DNA from: Elsinoe ampelina
Lineage: Eukaryota
NCBI GenBank assembly: GCA_010093995.1
Contig: ML992501.1
Span: forward strand, 702,227 to 766,226
Reading direction: 5' to 3'
DNA: 64,000 nt
Part shown: positions 23,399-35,876 of the stretch, one piece after another
How the letters are laid out: each line of letters begins with the position of its first letter
How positions within the stretch are numbered: position 1 is the first letter of the stretch
Notes under the pieces: model-generated
Seen by the model: the letters and a program-made list of their open reading frames with translations, nothing else
Databases searched by the model: none
Told to the model about the DNA's origin: nothing
Position numbers and translations under genes: made by a program

Positions 23399-26300
23399 AT
23401 GGACGACTCTATATTCTCAGATGGTGACGGCAGCGACTTTGAAGTCGCAACCAAGCCGGTACGTGTATTTCACATTAGAATTTCTCACATCATCTCATTG
23501 TATTCACAGAAGCCCAAGAAAGCTGCTGCAGTCAAGCCAAAAGCTGCTCCTAAGCCAAAGGCAGCCCCAAAAGCTGTGGCTCCTAAGAAGCAGTCAACTC
23601 TCAAGGTCACAAAGGCCAAAAAGCGCCCTGCATCATCTGAAGACGAGAACTCTGATGACGACGAACCGATACTCGACGACGAAGACGAGAGTCTCCTAGT
23701 CGATACCCCTCCGAAGCAGAAGAAGGCGCCGGCGCCGAAGAAGACGGGTGGAAAGCCTTTACAAAGTATCGCCAACGAGAGCTTTAACGAGACGATGGAC
23801 TCGCCGAAGATGAAGACCACACCCAAGGCAGCCAAAGGTGGCAGCTCAGACAAGTATCAGAAGCTCACTCAACTCGAGCACATCCTCAAGCGTCCAGACA
23901 CATACATTGGCTCAGTCGAGCGCATGGAACAGCAGATGTGGGTCTACAACTCGACGACTGAGCAGATGGAGCATCGTGAAGTCAGCTATGTCCCTGGACT
24001 GTACAAGATCTTTGACGAAATTCTGGTCAACGCTGCCGACAACAAGCAGAACGACAAGAACATGAACGAGATTAGGGTCCAGGTCGACCGCGAGAAGGGC
24101 ATGATATCAGTCCGCAACAATGGTCGAGGTATTCCCATTGAGATCCACGACAAGGAGAAGATCTATATTCCTGAGATGATCTTCGGCCACCTCCTGACTG
24201 GATCCAACTACGACGACAACCAGGCCAAGGTCACTGGTGGCAGGAACGGTTATGGTGCAAAGCTTTGCAACATCTTCAGCACAAAGTTTACGCTCGAGAC
24301 GGTGGATGCGCGCAAGAAGAAAAAGTACACTCAGACCTGGAAGGACAACATGGGCAAGATGGGCGACGCGAACATTGCTGCGCACAAGGGTGACGACTAC
24401 ACCCAGGTCTCGTTCTGGCCAGACTTCACCAGGTTCGGGATGGATGGGATCGATGACGACTTCGAAGCTATCGTCAAACGTCGAGTGTACGACATGGCTG
24501 GTACTTGCGCAGGGATCAAGGTCTATCTCAATGGCGAGCGCATCAAGATCAGCAAATTCAAGTCCTATATGGAGATGTACACCAAAGCGATCAAGATGGA
24601 GAACATCATTCCAGGAGATATCGCATCTGATCCGACTACCCAGGTCATTCTGACTGACAAGCCAGACGAGCGATGGGAGATTGGATTTGCTGTAAGTGAC
24701 GGCTCATTCCAGCAGGTTTCTTTCGTCAACTCTATCGCAACGACGCATGGAGGAACGCATGTCAATTACGTCGCCGATCAGATTGTCAACAAGCTGGCCG
24801 AGATTGTCAAGAAGAAGAACAAGGGTGGTGTAGCGCTCAAGAACGCGCAGATCAAAAACCACATGTTCCTGTTCGTCAACTGCCAGGTCGTCAATCCAGC
24901 ATTCTCGTCACAGACCAAGGAGCAGCTTACGACCAAGGCATCACAATTCGGCAGCAAGTGCACGGTCTCTGAGAAGTTCCTGAAGGACATTGCAAAGACC
25001 ACAGTCATTCAGAACATCCTAGAGTTCGCCCAGAAGAAGGCCGACCAGGTCCTCAAGAAGTCAGATGGTGGCAAGAGGACTCGTATCGGCAATTCGAAGC
25101 TGACTGAGGCTAACTGGGCTGGCTCTCGCCGTGGCTGGGAGTGCACTCTGATTTTGACAGAAGGAGACTCGGCCTCGCTTCTCGCGCTTGCTGGACGAGC
25201 AGTGGTTGGTCCAGATCAGTTCGGCGTATTCCCTCTCCGTGGTAAGATGTTGAACGTCCGTGACGCATCAGTCGATCAGATCTCGAAGAATGCCGAGATT
25301 CAGAACATCAAGAAGTTCATCGGTCTTCAGCACAAGAAGGAATACAAGGATACCAAGGAGTTGCGATACGGCCACATCATGATCATGACTGATCAGGATC
25401 ACGACGGAAGTCACATCAAAGGCCTTCTGATCAACTGGCTGCAATGCCATTACCCTTCGCTCCTCAAGCTTCCTGGGTTTCTGCTGGAATTCATCACACC
25501 TATTGTCAAGGTCTGGAAAGGTGACCCTCAACAGCCAAAGGCAAAGAGAGACTTCTTCACCATTCCCGAGTATGAGGCTTGGAAGCAGCAACCCGGCAAT
25601 GTCAAGGGCTGGGAGCACAAGTACTTCAAGGGGTTGGGAACAAACGAGACGACTGATGCCGAAATCTACTTCTCGGATCTCGACAAGCACTTGAAGGAGT
25701 TCCACACCATGCAAGAGCATGAGGCTCAGCTCATTGATCTGGCATTCTCCAAGAAGAAGGCAGACGAGCGCAAAATGTGGCTGCAGAATTTCGTGCCAGG
25801 TACCTACCTCGACATGAGCGGGACAGACAAGATCACCTACGATGACTTCATCAACAAGGAACTCATCTTATTCAGCATGGCTGACAACCAGCGTTCCATC
25901 CCTTCTCTAGTTGATGGCTTCAAGCCTGGTCAGCGTAAGGTTCTCTACACCTGCTTCCGGACCAACATCAAGAAGGACACCAAGGTCGTCTCGCTGGCAG
26001 GTTCAGTCATGAGTCTGACCGCATACTCCTACGGTGATACTTCGCTGCAACAGACCATTGTAGCGCTCGCACAGAACTTTGTCGGGTCCAACAATATCAA
26101 TACTCTCGAGCCAAGCGGCAACTTCGGTTCTCGTCTTCAAGGTGGTAGTGACGCTGCGAGTCCTCGATACATCTACACTCGCCTCTCTCCTTTCGCGCGT
26201 CGCATCTTCCACGCTGCTGACGAACCACTTCTCACTTACAACACCGACGATGGCAAGACTATCGAGCCGGAAAACTACGTGCCAGTCATTCCGATGCTCT

Positions 26301-28693
26301 TGGTGAACGGTACTGACGGTATTGGTACCGGTTGGTCTACTTCTATCCCCAATTACAACCCTGAGGACATCATCGAGAACCTCAAGTTGCGCATGAACGG
26401 TACTTCGAAGGAGGACATGCGCCCCATGATGCCTTGGTTCCGTGGCTTCAAGGGTACCACTACGGATATTGGAGACAGCCGCTTCAAATTCACTGGTGTC
26501 TATGACGTTGATGAAGTCAAGAATGAAGTCGAAATCACTGAGCTGCCTGTTCGTGTCTGGACTCAAGACTTCAAAGACAAGCTGGAGACGAACATCAAGG
26601 CTGAGAAGGTTCCCGCCACCATCAAGGATTACCAAGAGTACAACACTCCTTCCAAGGTACACTTCATCATCAAGATGCTGGAGAAGAACTTCAAGGACGT
26701 CGCGTCATCATCAGGTGGGTTCGACGACCACTTCAAGCTCTCCAAGACTATGGCGACGACCAACCTCGTTGCCTTTGATGGGCAGGGCCGCATCATGAAG
26801 TATGAGACTGTTCTGGACATCATGGAGGAGTTCTACCATATCCGTTTAGGCTTCTACTCCAAACGCAAGGACTATCTTCTCGGCGATATGAACCGCGACT
26901 TGGAGAAGTTGAGCAATCAAGCACGTTTCGTGCAGATGATCATCGACAACAAACTCGTGGTCAGCAAGAAGAAGAAGGCCGTCTTGGTGCAAGAGCTGTC
27001 TAAGCTTGGCTTCAAACGTATTCCGAAGGTGGCGGATGCGAAAAAGGCGGGAGAGACCGAAAGAGCTGAGCAGGACGACGAGCCTGAGAGTGAAGAAGAT
27101 CAAGCAGTTGGTGCTGGTGACTACGACTACCTCCTCGGCATGGCCATCTGGAGCTTGACATCCGAGAGGGTCGAGAAGCTGAAGCAGCAAATTGGTGACA
27201 AGGAGATCGAGATCGATGTCCTGGCCAAGAAGAGTCCTAAGGATCTTTGGACTGAGGACCTGGACGACCTTCTCGAGGAGTGGAAGCTTCAACTGTCTGA
27301 GGAGAAGAAGAGGGTCAAGGTTGTCAAAGCGAAGGGCAGAAGGGCCTCAGCTAAGCTCGGCGTCGGTGCCAAAGGCAAGAAACGTAAGGCCGACGACTCA
27401 GATGACTCGGAGTTCGATTACGGTCATAAGAAGAAGGCGACAAAGGGTAACGCGCTGAGCAAGGCCGTCGGTGGCACTGCTGGACTCAGCAGCTGGCTGG
27501 CGAACAAGGACACTACCGCACCAGCCAAGGGCAAGATCAACGTTGAGGGTCAGCCAATCGAGAAGCCACCCGCTGAGAAGGCGGGTCTGGTCAAGGCAAG
27601 TGCTGCCAGTGCCCTCAAGTCCATGGCGCCGCCGGCCAAGGTCAAGCAGGAAGACTCGGACGTCGATATGGACGATGCGCCGGTCGAAATTGACGACGAC
27701 GAACCACCAGCTCCCCGCCCCGCTGGTCGTCAAAGAGCTGCAGCCGTGAAGAAGACCTACGCTCTGGACGACAGCGATGAGGCTAGCGACGAAGAGTTTC
27801 ACGACATCGAAGAGGTGATGTCTTCTCGTGCTTCAGAGCAGCCTGCATCTAAGCCAGCGCCTAAGCCAGCTCCCAAGGCGGCAGCAGCACCAAAGCCTGC
27901 CCCGAAGCCTGCAGCAAAGACGAACGGGCGTGCCGCAGCAGTCAAGAAGACCTATGCCGTCGAGAGTGGAGACTCAGACTCAGACATGCTCGACAATGAC
28001 CTATTAGGTGATATTAGCAACATGGTCAAGACAACAGGTGCTGTTGGCGGCAAGTCACTCTTGAGCAATAGCGGACGTCCCAGCTCCGGCCATGGACTCA
28101 GCCACAAGACCTCAACAGCATCCTTCCGCAAGCCAGCCGGGCCAAGCAGTGACGATAAGGACGACATTGACGACACCAATTGGACCGCGCTGAGCCCGAA
28201 GAAGAGCGAGCGCACCAGGGACGTCACGAGGGACGAGTATGATGACGAAGACGACAGTCTACTGTTCAGCAACAAGAAGCCCAAAGCCCCTCTCGTCGTC
28301 GCCAAAAAGACTACTGCCACCACTAAAGCGCCCACAAAAGCTAAGAAGGAACCAGTCAAGAAGGCGCCTGCCGCAGCTCCGAAGCCAATGCCTGCTAGTC
28401 CCGCCGCAAAAGCTTACGCGAAGAAGAAGCTCGAGATGGAGAAGTCGAATGGCACCGGCAAGCTGAACGGCACCAAAAAGGCGAAGAAGGATGAAAGCGA
28501 GGAAGAGGATATCGCCAATGAGTTGCTGTCTGATGATGAGGAGGAGGTCGTCAAACCCAAAGCAGCCGCTGCGAGGCCGGCTAGGAGGGCGGCGCCGGTG
28601 AAGGGAAAGTACAAGGTTGTGGAGAGCGATGAGGAGGATGAAGAGGAGAGTGCCAGCGAGGCGGAGTTTGATGGGGATGAGAGCTTTGATTGA
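23399..28693 (+). CDS. TOP2: DNA topoisomerase II
   Basis: EHILKRPDTYIGS, EILVNAADN, GGRNGYGAKL, TOPRIM LTEGDSA/PLRGK/IMTDQDHDGSH, DGFKPGQRK, catalytic ASPRYI. Probable 51-nt intron 23459-23509. Confidence 0.98.
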   Translation: MDDSIFSDGDGSDFEVATKPVRVFHIRISHIISLYSQKPKKAAAVKPKAAPKPKAAPKAVAPKKQSTLKVTKAKKRPASSEDENSDDDEPILDDEDESLLVDTPPKQKKAPAPKKTGGKPLQSIANESFNETMDSPKMKTTPKAAKGGSSDKYQKLTQLEHILKRPDTYIGSVERMEQQMWVYNSTTEQMEHREVSYVPGLYKIFDEILVNAADNKQNDKNMNEIRVQVDREKGMISVRNNGRGIPIEIHDKEKIYIPEMIFGHLLTGSNYDDNQAKVTGGRNGYGAKLCNIFSTKFTLETVDARKKKKYTQTWKDNMGKMGDANIAAHKGDDYTQVSFWPDFTRFGMDGIDDDFEAIVKRRVYDMAGTCAGIKVYLNGERIKISKFKSYMEMYTKAIKMENIIPGDIASDPTTQVILTDKPDERWEIGFAVSDGSFQQVSFVNSIATTHGGTHVNYVADQIVNKLAEIVKKKNKGGVALKNAQIKNHMFLFVNCQVVNPAFSSQTKEQLTTKASQFGSKCTVSEKFLKDIAKTTVIQNILEFAQKKADQVLKKSDGGKRTRIGNSKLTEANWAGSRRGWECTLILTEGDSASLLALAGRAVVGPDQFGVFPLRGKMLNVRDASVDQISKNAEIQNIKKFIGLQHKKEYKDTKELRYGHIMIMTDQDHDGSHIKGLLINWLQCHYPSLLKLPGFLLEFITPIVKVWKGDPQQPKAKRDFFTIPEYEAWKQQPGNVKGWEHKYFKGLGTNETTDAEIYFSDLDKHLKEFHTMQEHEAQLIDLAFSKKKADERKMWLQNFVPGTYLDMSGTDKITYDDFINKELILFSMADNQRSIPSLVDGFKPGQRKVLYTCFRTNIKKDTKVVSLAGSVMSLTAYSYGDTSLQQTIVALAQNFVGSNNINTLEPSGNFGSRLQGGSDAASPRYIYTRLSPFARRIFHAADEPLLTYNTDDGKTIEPENYVPVIPMLLVNGTDGIGTGWSTSIPNYNPEDIIENLKLRMNGTSKEDMRPMMPWFRGFKGTTTDIGDSRFKFTGVYDVDEVKNEVEITELPVRVWTQDFKDKLETNIKAEKVPATIKDYQEYNTPSKVHFIIKMLEKNFKDVASSSGGFDDHFKLSKTMATTNLVAFDGQGRIMKYETVLDIMEEFYHIRLGFYSKRKDYLLGDMNRDLEKLSNQARFVQMIIDNKLVVSKKKKAVLVQELSKLGFKRIPKVADAKKAGETERAEQDDEPESEEDQAVGAGDYDYLLGMAIWSLTSERVEKLKQQIGDKEIEIDVLAKKSPKDLWTEDLDDLLEEWKLQLSEEKKRVKVVKAKGRRASAKLGVGAKGKKRKADDSDDSEFDYGHKKKATKGNALSKAVGGTAGLSSWLANKDTTAPAKGKINVEGQPIEKPPAEKAGLVKASAASALKSMAPPAKVKQEDSDVDMDDAPVEIDDDEPPAPRPAGRQRAAAVKKTYALDDSDEASDEEFHDIEEVMSSRASEQPASKPAPKPAPKAAAAPKPAPKPAAKTNGRAAAVKKTYAVESGDSDSDMLDNDLLGDISNMVKTTGAVGGKSLLSNSGRPSSGHGLSHKTSTASFRKPAGPSSDDKDDIDDTNWTALSPKKSERTRDVTRDEYDDEDDSLLFSNKKPKAPLVVAKKTTATTKAPTKAKKEPVKKAPAAAPKPMPASPAAKAYAKKKLEMEKSNGTGKLNGTKKAKKDESEEEDIANELLSDDEEEVVKPKAAAARPARRAAPVKGKYKVVESDEEDEEESASEAEFDGDESFD

Positions 28694-29547
28694 GTGGATG
28701 ACATCTTGCTGGAGCGTGGCGTTCAGGGAGGTGTGCTAAGGGGGCTGTGGGGCTTGTCCGGCGCTGGTGGTCTTCTGGTCTGTGGAGTGTATAATAGCTT
28801 AGCGAGCATGCTCGAATGATGATCTGAGGAGTTCAGTGACTGCACTCGGTGCGTCTTGCGTGATGAGTCTTCCGTGATGATGCTTGTTGCAGAAGGGGAT
28901 CTGTTCAGAACGACTCTGAAGAAGAAGATCAGAAAGTCTTGTATGACATGTACCTACCGATACACCAACGCGATAAGAGTCCATTGATCAAGCCGATCGA
29001 AAAGATCAGACATGGCGTAACATAATCACGAAACTTTCACTCACTCGGCAACACACAGCAGACTTTATGAGAATGGATCCCTACCGAGTCATTCCACCAA
29101 GATCACCCTAAAGACATATCGCTGCACCATCTCCACACACACCTCCCCTCCCTGCTCTCCCACCACCTCGACGCCATCAAGCTCCACTTCCTCGAGGCAG
29201 AATCCTGGATTCCACTCCCACCCGTTGATCTCGTGACAGAAGCAGGCTTGGAGAGCGTGTCCACGTGTCGATAGATCACGCTGGATGTGCAATCTAGTCT
29301 GGACGCGGTGGGTTCATTGTCGGTGATGACGACGAGGTGGCGGCGGAGGGAGAGGAGGTGGGGGGTTGTCCGGGCCGATGCCAAGACTGGGACGTCCTTG
29401 ATGGAAGAGGCCATCATCAAGGGATTCAAAGGCGCCTATGTTCAGTTCTTTTCCTGCCTGATAAGGCAAGTAGTCCCGTCGTACCTTCCTGTAGATCAAT
29501 GCGCGAGCTCTGTTTTCGACAAAGTCTAAAAGTATGCAAGGTGAAAT

Positions 29548-29689
29548 TGTTGTAATAGAAGGCTGGTACAGCTTCTCTGGTACTGAAGAACTGGCACTAA
29601 TAAGTCAGCGCACGCACAGTAGATAAATCGGTTATTGTAACTCTCTAAATAAAACACACATCTCTCGATCTAATTTACTAGTTATAATA
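29548..29689 (+). repeat. Copia 5' LTR
   Basis: Colinear with 43253-43394; I count 16 differences, all transitions. Confidence 0.95.
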
Positions 29690-30217
29690 GGTTATAAGCC
29701 TAGCGCTTCTACAAAAGTACTTAAAGCTATAGCAAATTAAGTGTGTTATTATTAAAAGGATTACTAAGCCGCCTATACTAAATTCTAAACTAGCTATATT
29801 AAGATAAACACTTATAGTAGCCCGTATTAACTCTTTAATTAAATAGCTTAAACGGCTTAAATAAGCTAATTACATTAATCTAATTAATAGGCCTTTAGCT
29901 AATTACTATTATTATATCTAGATTAGTAAAAATGCTTAAGACTTAGATTCTTAAGAGAGAAAGTAACTATAATACTTAGAGATTAACTCTTAAAGTAGCT
30001 CTCCTTAAAAAGGATATACTTAGATATATAATTTATAATATTAACTAGATACTAGTAGTTATAAAGCCTAAAGAACTAGCTCTAGATACTAGTAAAGACA
30101 CTAAAGTAGTCTATAAGGTTAGGAATAAGACCTAGTATAAGAATAATAGAATTACTTATAGTGTTATTATAATAAGGATTTATAAATCTATTAGACCTTA
30201 CTATAGTATAACTTAGA

Positions 30218-30452
30218 NNNNNNNNNNNNNNNNNNNNNNNNNNNNNNNNNNNNNNNNNNNNNNNNNNNNNNNNNNNNNNNNNNNNNNNNNNNNNNNNNNN
30301 NNNNNNNNNNNNNNNNNNNNNNNNNNNNNNNNNNNNNNNNNNNNNNNNNNNNNNNNNNNNNNNNNNNNNNNNNNNNNNNNNNNNNNNNNNNNNNNNNNNN
30401 NNNNNNNNNNNNNNNNNNNNNNNNNNNNNNNNNNNNNNNNNNNNNNNNNNNN
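30218..30452. other. Assembly gap (N run)
   Basis: Ns, inside Copia gag. Confidence 1.
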
Positions 30453-31433
30453 GCTCTCTCTATACTATATTAAGACTATGTTTATTATAGGAATAGAGAC
30501 TACTAAATAGTTAAGGAGCTAGAGATCTAGTCTTAACTATAAGAAGAGTCTTAAAGAAATAATAGACTCTCTTAAAATATAGAAGCCTCTATATAATAGA
30601 AAAACTAATCTAAATTCTATTTATAGAGTAGCTAGTTATATTAAGGATTAATATACTTAGTATACTTATTATATCTACTCTAATATAGATTACTTTAAGT
30701 AGTACCCTAAGAAAGTACTAAAGAGTTAAAGTAAAAGGAATAATAAAGACAAGTTAAATAATAAAGGTATAAAGGCTAAAGGTAAAAGTAATAAGTTAAA
30801 GACTAAGAAAGTTAAAGGTTAAGTAGCTATTAAAGAATCTAAAGAACCTACTAAGGTAAGTAAATTAGATAAACACTCTAATACTAATATTAATATTATT
30901 ATACTAGTCTATAGAGTAGTAGTAGTATCTATATTATTATTCTTAACCTATAGTAAGAATAGAGCAATCTATAACTCTAGTGTATTAAGGCACTTTATTA
31001 AAGATAGATTATAGTTCTTAATAATTAAAATATATAAAGGTATTTTTAAATTTAAATAAGCTATTAGTATAAAGAAGCTACTTAATATAGAAGTTAGTAT
31101 AGTTAGGCTTACTCTAACTAATAGTAAAGGTAAGAAGTTAATTATTAAGCTTTATAATTATATATACTTACTATTATTACTAAATACCCTTATATCTAAT
31201 CTTTAGAATAAAGAGGAACTTAGTATCTCTATAGTTAATAAATCCTTAATAAAGAATAAAAAGGAAATTAGCCTTATTAAACACTTTAAAAGAGTTAAAT
31301 AGCTTAAGAACTTTAAAGTATATAAGCCTTAGAACTATAAGGAATTACCTATAAGGTTAAAACTATAGAAGCTATAGGCTATAAGAGTAAATCTAGCTAT
31401 TATAACTACTTAAAAGCTAACATTAGAAAGATA

Positions 31434-31678
31434 NNNNNNNNNNNNNNNNNNNNNNNNNNNNNNNNNNNNNNNNNNNNNNNNNNNNNNNNNNNNNNNNNNN
31501 NNNNNNNNNNNNNNNNNNNNNNNNNNNNNNNNNNNNNNNNNNNNNNNNNNNNNNNNNNNNNNNNNNNNNNNNNNNNNNNNNNNNNNNNNNNNNNNNNNNN
31601 NNNNNNNNNNNNNNNNNNNNNNNNNNNNNNNNNNNNNNNNNNNNNNNNNNNNNNNNNNNNNNNNNNNNNNNNNNNNNN
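31434..31678. other. Assembly gap (N run)
   Basis: Ns, inside Copia integrase region. Confidence 1.
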
Positions 31679-33265
31679 CTTAAGAGTAATATACTAGTAG
31701 TAATTAAACTTATCTATATAAGGAATAAAATAGCCTATAATAAGCTTTTATTTATCTTTATCTCTAATAGAGAAGGTAAATTTAAAAACTATAAACTAGT
31801 AATAGCTATTTATCTTAAAAAGTAAAGATAAGACATCTCTATACCTAATATCTAATACTAAAATAGTAAATCTAAGGCTATAAATAAAGTAGTTATTCTT
31901 AGAATAAGGTATATCTTTATTAGTTATAGAGCACCTCTTAAACTCTAGTATATAGTTATAAAGTTTATAATCTATATTAGTAATAGAATTACCTATACTA
32001 AAACTAAGAAGATCCCTATATAAGAGCTAAGAAAGAATCTTCTTAATAATAATAGACTAGTCTTATTAACTTATATTAGACACTTTAGCTATAGAGCCTA
32101 TATCTATAACTAACATGTTTCTAAATTATACAAATTCTAAGCTAAAGTACTACTTAGTTAGTATATTAGTATATAGAATAACTTAATAACTAATTACCTT
32201 ATCTAGATACTCTATTAGTATTATACTTAGTAAGCCTAGAAGGGAAAGATTATTATATTACCCTATATAACATTTAATAAGAATATAGTCTATAAAGACT
32301 AGATAATATAAGTCATTAAATAGCTATATATCCTATAGGTATAACAACCTAAAGCTTTATAGCTTTAGAGAAAGTAAACATTTAGTAGTAATTATAATTA
32401 AGGCTATAGCTATAATTAACTACCCTTTAGTTATAAGAATCTATAAACTACTTAGGCTAAATAACTTTAAGCTAAATAACTAACATCTAACTACCCTTTA
32501 ATTCCTAGATATAAATAATAATTATCTACCCCTATTAAAGAATAGAGAGAGTAATACTAATATTCTAAACTAGATCCTTAACCTATTAATAAATAGAGGA
32601 AGCAACTTAATATTACTAATTATAAAAGTAAAGACCTTATAATACTACTACCTAAAGTTATTAGTAAACTACACTTAACCTTTAATCCTATAGTTAATAT
32701 TAATTAACTACTAATATATATATAGAATAAGGATATTAACTTCCTTATTACACTATTTAATATATAACCTCTAACTAGTAAAAGGAAAAGATCTCTCTTA
32801 CTATAAGAAACTATTAAAAGGTCCTTTAAAATACATCGCTAGATTAATTATAAGAAGCTTAATAATAGTAAGATTATTAGATCTATAGCTATTAATTTTA
32901 AGCTAGACCTATAAATAGTAAGAGATATACTATTCTCTCCTAAAGGTTATTACTAGTAAGCTATAATAGAGGTAGAGTAGAAGGCTCTAACTAACTCTAA
33001 AACCTTTTTAATTATTAAAAAATTATAAGCACTAAAAGGTATTAGGCTAATAATAGGCAAATAGGTCTTTAAGACTAAGAGGCTTACTAATAGTAAAGTT
33101 AAAAGATATAAGGCTTATTAGACTATAAGGGGCTTTACTTAAAGAGTAGATATTAACTTTGTTAAAACCTTTATACTAATACTAAGAGCTAAAACTAGAA
33201 GAGTAATTCTTATATATACTCTTTATTATAACTAGGTTATTATAATAGCTAATATAGTTACTACA

Positions 33266-33728
33266 TGTTACGAACTAGTAGAATAGCTAGAGTATAGAGA
33301 CGTTAGGACTAATTAAGCTACTAAGGTTATTACGTGACCTAGCCTAACGTTCGCCTAGTTCTCTATCTTCTCTAGTAGCTCTACCTCGGAAGCTATAGAG
33401 CACGTAGGTTACTAGCGGACGTGTACTTTATATTACCCCCGACTCTCGCTATAGAGTATATAAAGTATATAGAGTACGTAATAGAGAATATATATATATA
33501 GGAATAGTCCTTACCTTATATAAGAACTATAGTTAACCTTATCTAGATAGTAAACACTAGTGTTGCTAAGGCTAGCCTTTATAATACTATCTAATTATAC
33601 TTTATTATCTATAAGATATACCTTCTCTAACTCTTACCTTAGTACTATACTACTATAGAAGTAGAACTACCTTGTTCTTAGCTTAGCTTAGACTACTAGT
33701 ATAGACTATATTTAGACAGTTCGTAACA
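33266..33728 (+). repeat. Gypsy 5' LTR
   Basis: Direct repeat of 39827-40289; the differences I checked are C/T and G/A transitions. Confidence 0.95.
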
Positions 33729-35826
33729 TTTTAACTACTCTTACTATAGTATAGTACGCTATAAGGTTAATAAGTAACTCTTACTCTAAGTTACTATTAG
33801 CATCTTTAATCGCTAGTAAGCTAGAAAAGCTTACTATTAGCGACATATCTATTACTAGTTTAACCTTAGGCGAATATAGAAGGTCTCTTAGTATAGAGGA
33901 AGGACGAAGTAGGCCTAAGTTAGAAGTAGAACCCTTTTATAGAGACCGCGCTTACTTAAGGCGCTTTCTTATCTAACTTAAAGCCTTCTTCGCCCTAGAG
34001 GAGAATAAGTATACTAATAACGTAGTAAAGGTCCTCTATACCGGGATACACCTTAAGGGCGCCGCCTTTAGGTAGTTTAAGCCTTATATAAGTAGCTACC
34101 TAGATAGATAACTAAGCCTAGATATAAAGGCTATCTTTAAGAGCTTTAGTATCTTTTAGACAAAGATTAAGTAAGTCTTTAACATATCTAATAAGGAACG
34201 CATCGCTATAATAAAGATCTAATAACTATAACAATATAGGTCTATAGCCTAGTACTATTCCTAGTTCTAATAACTTATAATATATCTAGACTAGAATAAT
34301 AGTACTAAATATTTAATATTCTACTAAGGACTAAGTAACTTAGTTAAAGACTAGATAATACCTAAGCTACCTAATAGCCTTTAGGAATTAGTAGATACTA
34401 TAATTACTATCGATAATAGACTTTATAAATGACATATAGAACGTTATAAGGGATATAAGACAAATACTAGATATACGTATTTCTCCTAAAACTATAGAGA
34501 CTCTATAGAACTTAACGCTATATACGAAGGTTGCCCCTTATAGGTATAAGGCCGAGGCTATAGAGGAAAGTTCCTTAGTAGAAAAGAGAGAGAGAAGTAT
34601 AGATAAGACAATCTATATTTTAAGTATAAAAGACCTAGGTATTAGACTAGGGACTACTAATAAGGGGCGCTAGCTAATAGATTATATATAATAGTTGCTA
34701 AGCTAGTAGAAACAAAGGCTAATACTACTATAGAAGACCTAACGACCTTTAGTATAGGTAAGGAAACATAGAAGAAGTCTATAACAACTCGAGAGGCAAT
34801 AGAATTCTCTCTAGATATTACGCTTAATATCTCTATAACTAATAGTAAACAACAAAGCTAATACGTAACGCTATTATAGATAGTATATTATAATAACTCT
34901 TGTTATATTTACTTATTAGATAAGTAGGGATCTAGTTAGTTTCTATATAAGCTATCTAAGCGTAGGTAACTAACGAAATAGCTAGACTAGGAACCTAACC
35001 TAGAAGAGCTCTCTATAATTAGTAGTAATATTAACTAACCTTAGAAGGTAGTTAGCGACAATTACTAATATACGATTATTAAGACTAAGTATTAGAACGC
35101 AAGTGCTATACGATAATATAGTAGCCTTACCTTTAGCTCTTATAGCGAACTATAAGGAAAGGTATATTATATATCGCTCTAGAAATGTATAAGTCTAGAT
35201 TACGAATAGTACTACACTATCTACTTATATAATATACTTAGAGAAGACACTATTAGTCTTAAATACACTATAGACTTCTCGGTAATCGAGATAAATAGTA
35301 CTATTTTCTATAGCTAAGTACAAGAGTATACTTAGTATAGCCTTACTAACTATAACTACGCTAGGGGTAGTAGCGACGAAGAGAAATATAATAAAGAATA
35401 TACTAAACAACTATAATATAATAATATAGATAAGGACTTATCCGACAACAATAACGATAATAACGTACTACTACTAGGCGAACGACTTAAGGTATACCTT
35501 ATAGAAATATACAGAAATTATATAATAATATACACCTACTACTAGAATAGAACATAGCAAGATAAATCTACTTAACTTACGTTTGTCTTCGACGCTAATA
35601 TATAGCTCTATCTAGAGGGAATAGTTATACCGATATAGGTATATAATATTACTTAGTGTAATTAGTAGAGGATTATTAAACTTTATAGTTATTAAGGAAC
35701 TTAGGCGCTAGAAGTTTACCTCGCTATATTAAGTAACAACAAAACACAACTTGCCTAATAGATATAGTACTAATAGTAGATACGTGTAGGAAGGGATTAG
35801 CTACTTATCTAAGGAGCTATAATAAT

Positions 35827-35876
35827 AAAAAACTAGCTAGTTATTGCCTAATAAGGTAAGATAATAACGCTAGCTA
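35827..35876 (+). other. -1 programmed ribosomal frameshift signal (gag/pol junction)
   Basis: A AAA AAC followed by TAG in the gag frame. The -1 frame runs into the protease motif. An imperfect inverted repeat (TAGCTAGTTATT...AATAACGCTAGCTA) lies immediately downstream. Confidence 0.75.

Noticed and set aside
28812..28922. Box C/D snoRNA-like motifs (ATGATGA...GTGATGA...CTGA) after TOP2
   Set aside because: No clear terminal stem and no rRNA-complementary guide I could recognise; would need snoscan/Infernal.
35225..35410. 61-aa hydrophobic ORF inside the AT-rich block
   Set aside because: Chance ORF antisense to RIPed gag.
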